DNA of 64,000 nt, taken from contig NW_024704743.1 in NCBI RefSeq assembly GCF_018977255.1, positions 20,586,001 to 20,650,000 of the forward strand. The letters run 5' to 3'. How positions within the stretch are numbered: the stretch's first letter is position 1; each line of letters opens with the position of its first letter. The position numbers and the translations under genes were made by a program. Origin of the DNA: Callorhinchus milii (lineage: Eukaryota). This document shows positions 36,206 to 48,365 of the stretch, in pieces. The notes under the pieces were generated by a model, which saw only the letters and a list, made by a program, of their open reading frames with translations, was not told the origin of the DNA and made no database searches.

Positions 36206-39200
36206 AAAACAGTTACAAAATAACTGAGCAAATTGTAATGTTTTTTGACGTCCCATTTATTATATTCACCGTTGTGTAGATTAGCGCAAACCAGATATTC
36301 TCAGCAAGATCACCTTTCAAATTGCCATATTGATTAGCACCAAATAGACATTACTGCAACAGAAATAGTTTCATGCATTAACTAGGAAATTAAGTTTAAA
36401 TTGCACATTCGTGACTTTAAGCCACAATAGCACAGCACTTACAGTATACAGTTTGGGACACAACATGTCAAGCGACTGACAGGATGGTGAAAATCCGAAT
36501 GTAAATCTGGTTCTCAATCAAATGAGCTAACAACTCTGGCAACATTGCTGAAAGGCACTCCTGCTCACCACAGCACTCCCATTCACCTGCAAGAGATGAT
36601 TCCACAGGCAGTAGAAACATTAACACAGCCACCAGAGTTAGACTACCAAGCATGAGAAAAATCCTATGGCCATTAAATAAAGGATGTCTTCAAACTACCA
36701 ATTTGAAAACTTTCTAATGGTCCTATGGCATAGAATGATTTCCCTCCCCCCTCTCTTCTATAATCAAGGTCTTCACATTGCCTGAGTCTCTGGTAATGCT
36801 AAGGAACGAGTTCTTCATGCAATTCTGTAAAATAACTGCAAATTAGTAAACTAATGCTAGTCTCTGAACTTCAGAGACCAGTCCTTGATAGGCAACAAAG
36901 TAAAATCTACACAGCTACAGGTCAAATTCCTGATTCAATTACCAGATTTAACAAGTGAACATTTATAGCAGTGTAGATTATTTTCCTGTTAAAATGAACT
37001 TTAAAAGCATCAATGAGTAATTCAGATCAAACAAGAGTTGCAACCATTGCCAAAACTGATAAGACAAACCGATTTTTATTTTACAAGATTATGTAATGTG
37101 ATATTGGCCTCCAATGGTACAGTGCTCCCAAAGGGCTGCATTGGAATGGCAATCCTAGGCAATGAGTTTGAAGTTCCAACATGGAGCTTGAACCCACAAC
37201 CTTCCAACTCAAAAATAAGTTGCATTTATATAGCACCTTTCATGTCGGCGGGACATCCTAAGCCGCTGGACAATCAAGGGTTTGCAGCCAGGCTGACATG
37301 TGCATGTAAATGTTTTTTTAAATTTAAATACCACATACTAACAGTCCACCACCGAAACAATAAAATACATTGCATCTGTAGCAACATTGAGCACATGCAC
37401 ACAATTTGATAAGATGTAAACAGCAGAGCACCGAATAGTAACTTGCTGAAGAAGAGCATGTTGAGACATAAGGAGATGGTCTCATGAGTCAATCTTTCAA
37501 ACAGAGATTCAAAATGACAGTGTTGATTCAAAAGGTAGCCATATTATTATTATTATATCTTAATTGGAATACTTTTATAGTTCATCTGCCAACTGACCTA
37601 CTCTTCATAATAGAGAGATATGCATGCACTGATTATTTAGCGATGCACACTGATTTGTGAAGCCTTTATCCAAAAAACAAACTCACAGCAAAATTCAATC
37701 TCCAAGAAATGTGATGCCAAAGAGTTTGAGTATCAAAATCAATTGATATGATGGAAATGAAACCATTTGTAGGATTAAAAAAAAATTAAAATGGAAACCT
37801 TGAATTACCCAATTCACATGCTAAATACACTAACTTAGAAATAAATGTAAGGTATGGAATATGGAGAAGCCATTTGGCAGTACATTCAGCTTGCTCATTT
37901 AAAAACTAACAACTATCACCATAAATTACCCCATCACTTTCTCTCGGGAGGCAGGAGGGAAGAAGACAAATTATTTCCTGAACTTTAAAACCTTAACATT
38001 ATTCATCCATTACTACTCTTCAGTTCTGGTCTATTTTCATCTCCAGATTTGGCTGCTGCTCACAGCACACAAATCATTGAATCTCTTGGAAATATCTGTT
38101 CAACTGAATCTGCACCGATTCTATATCCTTTATGATGGTTCTTAAGCGGAACCTTACTCATTTCTTTTTCAAGAAGTTAATCTGTGCAGCATCAACTACT
38201 TTGTTGTAAATCTGTTGATCTGTGCAGCATCAGCTACTTTGTTCAAACAACCACAGTGTCAAAATCTTCTACAACAGTAACTTACCTAGTATCCTGCACA
38301 ATGGGCAATGTCTCGAAGCAGCTAATACTCCTGGGATGGAGTGGAATCATAAACATGGTGGGAAGTTAAGGGGTGGTGATGGTAGGTGGGAGTTAACTAA
38401 AGGTGAAGCGTGGGCAAGGAAGTATGTTTTTAAAAGGGGTTTTAAAGCAGAGGGAGGTTTCTATGGGGTGGGGGTGGGGGGGGCGGGGAGAGTTCCAAAA
38501 AGCAGGGGCCAGAGTGTTTGAAAATGGGTTTGAATGGGTTTGAGAGTGGGGTTGGAGGAGATGGGAGAGGAAGGGTGCAGCAAGGGCGAAGACGAATTTG
38601 AAAGTCAAAATGAGGATTTTGAAGTTGATCTGCTGGAGAATGAAGAGTCAGTACAGAATGTTAGAGGATGGGAGTGACAGACATGCAGATCCCAGCATGG
38701 GAGAGGACACAGGTATTAGAGTCCTGGAGCTTATGGAGGGTCAACCTCAGAAGCCCATTAAAGCCATTGAGAAAAATCAAGTTCTGAAGATGACAAAAGC
38801 AAAAGTTAGGATGGGGTAGGGATGAAGGCAGGCTATATTCTAGAGCTGGAGTTGTTTTACTGAAGGACCAATGTAGGGCTTAAATTTTAATAAACTAGGG
38901 TGGTAAAAACCCCTGACTGCAGTAGTAGAAGTGAAATATCGACAGTAAGACAGTGTAGATAATAATAAGTTAAAATGGAGTCAAAAAAGAAAGTCTGCAA
39001 GAGAGAGAACACGTGTTTGAAAAACAAGCAACATGACCCATGAGATGACTTGAATTTTGCCCAGAAACACAAGTAAAGTGATGGAATATGAAATCGTTAC
39101 CCAGAGCTGAAAAAAAACCTTGAGTTTACAAAGAATTGAGTGTTGTTGAGGGCAAACTAAATGTTTGACATAAAATTATTTTCTGTAAGCTGTTTAATGG

Positions 39201-40570
39201 TGATCTGAATTGCATTCGAGTTCAAAGTAAAATGTTGATAGTCGGATTGGGAAATGCAGCAATCGAAAGCAATAAGGAGAATAAATTTAGAAAAGTGCAA
39301 TATTTCCCCAACTAGACCAATAGTTGAACGAAAAATGGATATGGAAGAATGAAAAGAAGCTGTTGAAAACTGATTTCCCTGAGTATCCTTTTTTTATAAA
39401 CCTTTCTGTACATTCTTGATAAATATCCTACCACTGAATACTGTGTAACGAAGGAGGTTGTAGAGGATGACACATAGGAGCCCATTTGGCCCTCTTTTTC
39501 AGGTTAGTGTTTGCTCCTCCTAAACAAATTCCAAATTTGTGTATCTGAGAGCCTCTCTCACCGAATACTGCAATATCCTTTTACACGCCTTGGATACCTC
39601 CTGCCCTCACTTTTACTCTTTGCTGGTCTACCCAGCTCCACCGTCCATAACTTACTGTCCGTATCCTCACCTACTCCAAAATCTTCAAACTCATCGCCCA
39701 GGCCTCGCCCGGCTTCAGTGATTCTCAACAGATTGATTTCAAGGTACCCAGTCCCTTCATGTCCATCACCTCACCCCCTCTTTATCTGTTTTTCAATCCC
39801 ACCTTAAAACCCATCTCTTCAATTATGCCTATGGTCACCTCCCCATTCTCTCTTGCTCGAAGTCCAACATGATCTTTACCAAGCCCTCAAGATGTTATCC
39901 TACTTGAAACGTTTGTTGTAGCATCTGTCTTTAAATGGGTCTGTGTATTATAGCTGTTGTTACTAGAGGTCTTTAAAATGTGATGAGTTAGATAGGTTTT
40001 GACAACAAAATTTATCACGACCAATTAAATGCATCAAAGGCAAGTAATAGTGTAGTATGTCGATCAATGAATTATAATCATGGCAAGGTCACCTGATGGG
40101 GACAACTTTTAAGGTCATCTAAAAGCAGTGATGCCAACACACTTTACCATTTGGCAGCAAACCTTGAACTGTCCAGAACCCCATCTGGATTGTACGAGTT
40201 TCTTCTAAAACACATTAAAGCAACAACAACAACAACACGATTCCATTTATAGAGCGCCTTTCACGTCGGGAGGACGTCCCAAGGCGCTGTACGGTTAGGT
40301 CAGGATTTACATCTAGTTCATCAACTAAAAACAACAACATTTATATAGACCAAACTCACATAATCTAATAAATATGACCTTAACCCTCAAGACCATTTGT
40401 TACTTTAAAATAAATGCAAGTGGCTTATCCAGTTACAAAGGTATCATTTAGTTGCGCAATGTAATTTACACTTATAGCACCTTTCATATCAGGAGGACGT
40501 GACAAAGTACTTGAAAAGGCAGCAGTTTTATAGAACACAGATCACAGCAACAATTCTTCACACAGTGATT

Positions 40571-40885
40571 ATAATAATAATAATCCTTGCATTTGATATA
40601 GCGCTTTTCACGTCAGGAGGATGTCCCAAAGCGTTTCACAGAATATACTGTAAAGTGAATTGACTGTATATTTGTGGGCAAACGCGGCAGCCAATTGCAC
40701 ACAGCAATGTCCCACAAACAGTCGTAGATTGAAAATGACCAATTTATTATTGTTTTGTTTTTTGGAGGGATTATTATTAGGCGTGTGGAGTAAGGAAACT
40801 TGCCCAAGGTTTCGCCCTGCCTGGAATTGAACTCAGGTCTCTCGCTTGCAAAGCGAGTGCTCTAACCACTGACTTACAAGACTCC
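40571..40885 (-). mobile_element. tRNA-Ala-derived SINE, short (young) form, full length
   Basis: Near-identical reverse complement of the copies at 46287 and 63189. Lacks the central block. Confidence 0.95.
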
Positions 40886-41649
40886 ACAATTACCATTTGC
40901 CCCAACATAGATTGAAGAGGACGTTTTTCCCAAAGAGACAGGGAATATAAATTGAGGATAGGTCAGGCCATGATATTTTGCATACTTCATAGTTTGGAAC
41001 TCAGTTTAACTAAAGGTACAGAGAAATGGAATTTTACCGCCTGGTCTGGGAAAGGTGAGAGAGTCCAGTGATATATACACACAACACACACGCACACACA
41101 ATAACCACAATCAAACTTTGGGCCTTCCTGGTCTGTAGGATGGAGTACCAGATTAAGTGATAAATTTACCACTGATCCACCAGAATGGTCTCTGTAAATG
41201 GGGTTTCATATGAATTTACAGGATTAGTGTGTTGCACTTTGGCTTGATGATGTAATAATAAGAATGTAAAATCAATGGTTTAATATTACACCATTCCCCC
41301 AATTAATTTCAATTCCATCTCCTGATTTAAATTGGACCTTCAAACTGTTCACATAAATGAGAAAAACAAGTCAGCCTACCAAATATCCACTAATTCTGTT
41401 AGCATACCCTCACGCAGGTGTCCAACATCAACCCAGAAACAGATATTTTGCTCAACAAGGAAACATCTGGCCTCTACTCTATGCTCCCTACAGCAACACC
41501 ACTGAGATCAGGAAATCAAACGCGGATCACAGGATTTTAGTGCTCCAGTTTTGTTATTCTAGGGCTTGGTCAGCAAATTTTAGGACAAAGATGAGCGTTC
41601 TTCCCAACTTAGTCTTTCAAATCAACACCTGCTGTGAATTACCCATGAG

Positions 41650-41985
41650 TCAGCCTGGCTCAGTTGGTGACACACTCACCTCCACGTCAGAAAGTTGGAG
41701 TTTCAAGTGCCATGTCGTGACTGAACTGGAGGTGCCGTCCTCTGGATGAAACATTTAACCGACGTCCAGTCTGCTTATTCAGGTGGGTATTAATGATACC
41801 ACTGCACTATTCAAAAAGAAAAGGGAGTTTCTTCCAGGTCCCTTCCCAACAATCTCTCAAATGAAATTGAGCATTCACTTCCTAGATGTTTGTGGGACAT
41901 TGCTGTGTGCAAATTGGCTGATGCGTTTGCCTACAAAATACAGTCACTACATTTTACAGTATATCCTATGAAGCGCTTTGAGAAA
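41650..41985 (+). mobile_element. Deu-domain-like SINE
   Basis: Head cagcctggctcagttggtgacac...gtttcaagtgcc, central ggatgaaacatttaaccgac...caggtgggtattaatgatacc, and the shared tail tgtgggacattgctgtgtgcaaattggctg. Confidence 0.7.
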
Positions 41986-42789
41986 ACAACAGCAAATTAC
42001 ATTTGTAAAGCACTTTTCATGTTGAGAGGACAGCCCAAGGCAGCTTCCCAGGATGCAAAGCATAGTATCAAAGGCAAGGATTATTATTATTTACCAGCTT
42101 GGAGCATTGAGAGCAGGACGAGGGCTCAGAAGTATGTTAACTTTCACTCTCATAACAAGAGCTGCTCTGAAAATGATCCCACTACCCGTTACACCTCAAT
42201 AGGAGAGCCCCCCCATCACACACAGTGACAAGTTTCTAGCACGATGATGATAATTTTCTACAGCAAGAAAACAAATGGGTAATGTAACGTGTTCTAACTG
42301 GAAAGTGCAATTCTTCCCTCCCCCCAAAAAACCTAATGATTCTGAATTATTAAAAGCTGCTCTCATAGAGTTTTACTTCAATGAGAATAAGATGTGAACG
42401 AGTCTTTGTGCAGGAAAAAAAATGAATGATCAAAGGACAGCTTTGAAAAGTGGCTTAACATTGGCACAGATGAAGCAGAGCTTTTATACTGTCTGGCGAA
42501 CTCGTTGCAGATGTAATTATGATGATCACAGACTGACAATGCATTATGTGACCATTGTGTTTCAACATTTGGGAAAAATGGTAGGAAATTATTCCTCTTT
42601 GAATAACTCCATTGTTTCCAGTGCAAGTGCCTCTTCTTTGTTTCGGTGAGTTATGGTAAGAAGCTCAAAGGAAAAATATGTAGCTTAGCTAGAGGCTACA
42701 ATTTGGTTCCCATTGAAAGTTACTTTGAAGAAGTTACAAAATCTTTATCGACATCACATTGTAACCCTTTACACAGTTGTTGGAGTCTT

Positions 42790-43170
42790 GATTACCGGTC
42801 CAGGCCTATGTTCCTCAATCCTCAATTATGTTTAAGATTATGAAAGGATTCAATCAGGTGGATGTTAATAAGATGTTTCCACTTGGTGAGCCAAAACCAG
42901 AGGGCATAAATATAAGGTAGTTAGTAATAGATCTAAATTACGCAGAAGATGGTGAAAATGTGGAACTTACTGCCAGAAGCTGTGCAAAGCAAATACTCTA
43001 GTATCAATGAATCTGAGAAGTATTGATGAATGTATTGATGAATGCCATGCGAAAGGGAATAGGGGGGGAAATGGAGAGGGCAAAGGCTGGGTTTGGACTA
43101 ATGTAGAGTATAAACATCAACACAGACTAGTTGGACCTAAGATTGCCTGTCTCCGTAAAGTATTACTGTA
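42790..43170 (+). mobile_element. Degraded CR1 3' fragment
   Basis: gtttaagattatgaaaggattc...aaaaccagagggcataaatataagg...tgtggaactt, homologous to 590-870. Confidence 0.65.
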
Positions 43171-44016
43171 TGTAACTCTAGATAAATAGACTAGCATGAG
43201 CTCCCAATACAAGCTTCCTACATTTTAGCATTAAGCGACAACCTCACTCAGGGAGGCCAAAGAACTAGCTGATGTGGAAAACGGAAATGTCACGTTGGTA
43301 TGTTCAAGGGTTGATACTGTGGAGCGATTGGAGTTTAACAGCATGCTTTGTTTATAGGTACTCAACACAGTTTGTATGACATTTATACCCTACATTTTGC
43401 AGTTATAAAACTCTAAGCATTACACATGTACCTTAAAACTGTAAAAATGATAAGGATGACATTTTAAGAAATAGCGCTATGTCTCTTAGAAAGTCAAAAT
43501 CCAAATAAAATACAAATAATTTTTTTAAGTTTATTCCACAATTTAACAAATGTGGGAAAAAAATAATTTAAAAGGTTTCAGGACAAATCCTAATCAATTG
43601 AGTAGTATCCTGCAATGCCTCAAGATTATATACTTCATTTGAACAAAAGCAGCGCCAGGAACTTCTTAACATCCACACTGAATCCTTCAAGCCATAGTAT
43701 TTCAGTCAATATACAGAGGCACATGTCAGATAACATCTTCATCAACAGCAAGGTCAGCAAGGGCTATCTGGGTCTATTTGAACGCTGACTAAGATAACCC
43801 AAGGCTTTGACTTTAAAAGCGAAGGCAAAAGCATAGTTCACCATTCAGCAGCATTGCCACTAGCTCTAAAATAATCTGTGGTCTAACCACTTGTATGAAG
43901 TCCACAGTAAAGATTCCAACATTGAAGTAATGCAACCGTGAAAGGTTTGATCATCACCAAGGTCAAAACGACAAACAGAATAAAATGAATCGAATTTCTC
44001 GGAAATTCTTGGTTAG

Positions 44017-44293
44017 AAACGCGGCAACCGATTGAGCAAAGCAGCGTCCCGCAAACAGTTGGAGAATGAGTGATTCTTATTACTTAATTTAAAAAAAATT
44101 TTTTTAAAAAGGAATTATTACTCCCAGAAAAGCAACCCATCAATCGACTAACAACCAGGTTCCTACTTATTGCTACGTAAACAGAAGTGTGTGGAGTAAG
44201 AAAGCTTGCCTAAGGTTTCACCCTGCCCAGGAATCGAACCCACGTCCTCTGGCTTTAGAGGCAAGCACTCTAACCAATAGGCTACAGGGCTCC
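44017..44293 (-). mobile_element. tRNA-derived SINE, long form, tail missing
   Basis: Central block and head (ggaatcgaaccc...gctacagggctcc). Confidence 0.85.
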
Positions 44294-44656
44294 ACGGCTA
44301 GATTTCACAGCTAATGGATTTTTTTGAAAAAGTAGAACTACCAAAAAAGTCTAATTGTTAGGTGATCTTGATGGATGTTTCAGAGCTGGTCAAGAAGCTA
44401 CAATCAGATGAATTTCTTTCGTACCTTCTCCCGATATGATTTCATGCAAGATTCGGATGAGGACCATTATTATTTGATCTCATTTGTTCGCCTACAAACA
44501 CGCTTTGGGACATCCTCTTGACATGAAAGGCACTGCAGAAATGTAATATAAATGTAACTTACTTTATAAACTGTAACAGTAAATCCTGTGAAGTGCTTGG
44601 AGACAACATGATAAGGTGCTATATCAAAGCATGGATAATCACCATCTCAACTTCCT

Positions 44657-44980
44657 GAGTCCTGTAGCTCACAAGCGAGAGACCTGGGTTTGATTCACCG
44701 CAGAGCGAAACGTTGGGCAACTTTCCTTACTCCACACACCCCTGTTTAACCTAAGAGTAAGTAGGAACCCAGTTATTAGACGATTGGCAGATCACTTTTA
44801 CGGGGGTAATAATTCCTTCAAAAAAAAATTGACTGTTTGTGGGACACTGCTGTGCGCAATTGGCTGCCGCGCTTCATCCACAAAATACAGTCAATTCATT
44901 TTACAGAATATTCTATGAAGCGATTTGAGACATCTCACAAACGTGATAAGGCACTATATCAAATGCAATGATTATTATTA
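44657..44980 (+). mobile_element. tRNA-derived SINE, long form
   Basis: gagtcctgtagctc head with a small deletion, central block, (TTA)n tail. Confidence 0.9.
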
Positions 44981-45136
44981 GTATTACAGGGAGACATATC
45001 CATGGACTGTTTCAAGTCAACGACTCACCCATTGGAGCTGTTGATTACTCTATATAAAAAAAGACTTTGTTTTGGGTCTGCCTTAAACTTAGCTTTCCCA
45101 GCCCTAAACACAACTTCTCCTGCTGAACTTTGAGTA

Positions 45137-46083
45137 CAACAACAACAAGATTACATTTGTATAGCTGGGGGGGGGGTGGGGGTGGGGGGAAGGGGGTGAC
45201 CAATGGCATGATCAGAGAGGACGGTCTTGAGGCGGGATTTGAAGGAGGCTAAGGAGGGGGTGAGGCGTAGTGATTGGGAAATGGAATTCCAGAGGTTGGG
45301 GGCAGAGCGGCTGAAGGCTCTCCAGCCAATGGTGGGGCGGGTGGGTCGGGAGACGTGGAGCAGGCCAGAGCCGGCTGAGCGGAGGGAGCAGGCGGGTTGG
45401 TAGGAGCTTAGGAGATCACAGAGATAGGGTGGGGTGATACCACTGAGGGCTTTGTAGGTGAGGACCAGGATCTTGAACTGGATCCTCTGAAGGATAGTCA
45501 GTGGAGTCGGGCGAGAGTGGGAGAGATGGGGTCACGGAGTTTGGTGCGGGAGAGGACACGGGCTGCAGAGTTCTGGATTATCTGCAGCCTGTGGAGGGAG
45601 GAGTTGGGAAGCCCGACAAGCAGGACGTTTGCATAGTCGAGCCTGGAGGTGATGAAGGCATGAACAAGAGTTTCAGCGGCCTGAGAGGTGAGGTAGTGGT
45701 GGAGTTGGGCGATGTTACGGAGGTGAGGGAAGGCAGAGCGGGTCATGGCTTGAATGTGGGGAAGAAAAGACAGTTGAGGGTTGAACAAGACACCTGGGTT
45801 CCTGACTGGCTTAATGAGTTGAAGTGTGCAACCATGGAGGTTGATGCTGCCAGAGCCTGAGGTGCAGAGGCGCTGGCGCGAGCCAATCAGAGTTGGGTAT
45901 CATCCGCATACATATGGAAGTTGACCCCATGTCTGTGGATGATGTCACCAAGGGGGAGCATGTAGATATTAAAGAGGAGAGGGCCAAGGACAGAGCCCTG
46001 AGGAACGCCAGACGTGACAGTGTGGGAGCTGGAGGAGAAACCGTTAGAGGCAACAAAGTGGAGACGGTGAGAGAGATAGGAAT
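45137..46083 (-). mobile_element. L2 LINE, 5'-truncated, with internal deletions
   Basis: ORF 45498-45788 gives LVHAFITSRLDYAN, LQIIQNSAARVL and LARLH. The upstream minus strand encodes [10 protein letters not shown] and HMYADD. (CAA)n tail at 45137. Confidence 0.93.
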
Positions 46084-46286
46084 CAAACTTGAAATGTACT
46101 TGAAATGATTACTTGAGTTTACATTTTCTATCCAGTTAAGCAACTGTATAAAATCCCATTCTAACGGTCCGCTTATGAGACTGAGCAGCCCAGTTTTTTT
46201 AGTTTTTCCTCATCATTAATCCTTTCCAGATTTAAATGACTGAATCCCTCATGAACATCAGTCATGTACATCAGTGGAACATCAGT

Positions 46287-46606
46287 GGAGTCCTGTAGCT
46301 CAGTGGTTAGAGCACTTGCTTTGCAAGCGAGAGACCTGAGTTCAATTCCAGGCAGGTCGAAACCTTGGGCAGGTTTCCTTACTCCACACGCCTAATAATA
46401 ACCCCTCCAAAACCAAAAACAATAATAAAAAATTGGTCATTTTCAATCCACGACTGTTTGTGGGACATTGCTGTGCGCAATTGGCTGCCGCGTTCGCCCA
46501 CAAATATACAGTCAATTCACTTTACAGTGTGTTCTGTGAAGCGCTTTGGGACGTCCTCCCGACGTGAAAAGCGCTATATCAAATGCAAGGATTATTATTA
46601 TTATTA
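46287..46606 (+). mobile_element. tRNA-Ala-derived SINE, short (young) form, full length; possible TSD atcag
   Basis: ggagtcctgtagctcagtggttagagcacttgctttgcaagcgagagacctgagttcaattcc (A box, TGC anticodon loop, B box) through aaatgcaagga(tta)n. atcag occurs at 46281 and 46606. Confidence 0.95.
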
Positions 46607-46999
46607 TCAGAGTATATTCCTCGTAGATTTCTTTCAGGAATTATCTCAGAGAGAGTAGAAGTTTTTGCATGGTATGTACATTTTAACAGAGCAAACTAAC
46701 CTTCCAGTGCTTAAACTATTTTGAGTCATGTCCATTTGAATGGATTAAGTTGTATACAGTTGACATGCACATGCAGTCAATGTACATTGTACCAGCCAGG
46801 AAGGATAAGTTGTGTCAATAAAAGTAGAAGTACAAAATTCAATAGTCATAAGAATATGAGTAAATTACTCATTTTGATGCAAATTAAAAACGTATTCAAT
46901 TCAAAAAAACATTTTAGGTAACAAATAAAATAGGTTAAACACAAAACTTATAAGCTTGGTGAATACAATACAAAAAAAACTTATAATAAATGTAAATAT

Positions 47000-47456
47000 A
47001 CGAGTTACGAGGATAGGCTGACCAATTTGACCAATTCTCTAGAATATAGAAGAATTAGAGGGGATCTTATAGAAACCTATAAGATCATCAAAGGGCATGG
47101 TAGAGTAGATAGTGGGAGATTGTTTCCCCTGGTTGGAGAAACTAAAACCAGGGGTCACAACTTTAAAATCAGAGGCCAGCCCTTTCGCACTGAGTTGAGG
47201 AAGAACGTCTTCACTCAAATGGTGGTGAATGTATGGAACTCACTACCCCAAAAGGCTGTTGACGCTCAGTCCTTGAACATATTCAAGACTGAGATAGATA
47301 TATTTCTTATTGCAAAAGGGATTATGGGATATGGGGATAAGGCAGGGTCAGGTTATTAGCTGGAGTTAGATTAGAAGATCATCCATGATTGAATGGCGGG
47401 GCAGGCTCAAAGGGCTGAATGGCCTACTCCTGCTCCTACATGTTATGTTATGTTAA
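47000..47456 (+). mobile_element. CR1 3' fragment
   Basis: ORF 47027-47359 gives LEYRRIRGDLIETYKIIKG, TRGHNFK, VVNVWNSLP and GYGDKAG. Ends in a (tgtta)n tail. Confidence 0.92.
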
Positions 47457-48029
47457 ATAAACAAAATCTGAAACATAATCAGAAAATAATACAGCAAAAA
47501 ACTACTCCCCCACCAACAACACTGCTACATATGATGAAACGTCAGGAAAATGGCATGCAGGGTGCTGTATTTACACAGTAGGAATGGAGTTATCATGTGA
47601 TGTGCACAAAAATCACCATTGAATAACATTTTCAAAGGAACCAGGCCCTTCTTCTGATGATGGGAGTAATTTGTCTGCATGTGGAGAATTAAATAAACAA
47701 AGAGAGAGGTTTGTTCCAGAGCACTGAGTAAAATAAACATTTAAAATTATAACTAAGGCATACTCTTACACCACTGAAACAGTTTGCCACGAAAGTTAGC
47801 TGAGGCCAGGACACCAGACGCATTTAACAAGCAGCTTGATGCTGTCATGTGGGGGCTGGTAGAGTGGATGTTCTGAAATGAGATTGGGTTGGGCCAAAGG
47901 GCCTTCTTCATCCAAACCAATCTTGTGATCTTCATACATTCATTACAGTAACTCATTATTTTGTACCACTTCCACTTTTTTTTCCTCTGATAAATCAAAA
48001 GCAACTATTGCATTCAATAACTTACCTAA

Positions 48030-48365
48030 ATAAATAATTCTTGTATCTGATATAGTGACTTACTGTGTCACTGAAATGTCTCGAAGCACCTTACTGGATT
48101 CTACTGTAAAGTGCAATGTATTCGTAGATTCACACAGCAGTCAATAGCACATAATAATCACACAAACAGCCAGGAAATGAATAACCGATGTTATTTGGAG
48201 TATTCTTGCCCAGGACACTGGTAAAAATCCCCTCCTCTTTTTGGGTAGGAACTTTAATATCCACCTGAATAAACAGACATGACCTCAGTTTAACATCTCA
48301 ACTGAAGGATGGCACCGCCAACATTTGCAGTACACCCCGTGCACTCTATTAGTCAGCCAAGACTA
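48030..48365 (-). mobile_element. Old Deu-domain-like SINE
   Basis: Tail aataattcttgtatctg and central cctcagtttaacatctcaactgaaggatggcacc, homologous to 22440-22850. Confidence 0.6.

Noticed and set aside
46287..46360. tRNA-Ala gene
   Set aside because: A/B boxes and the anticodon arm are present, but the acceptor stem is not intact and the sequence continues into a SINE body repeated many times in the window.
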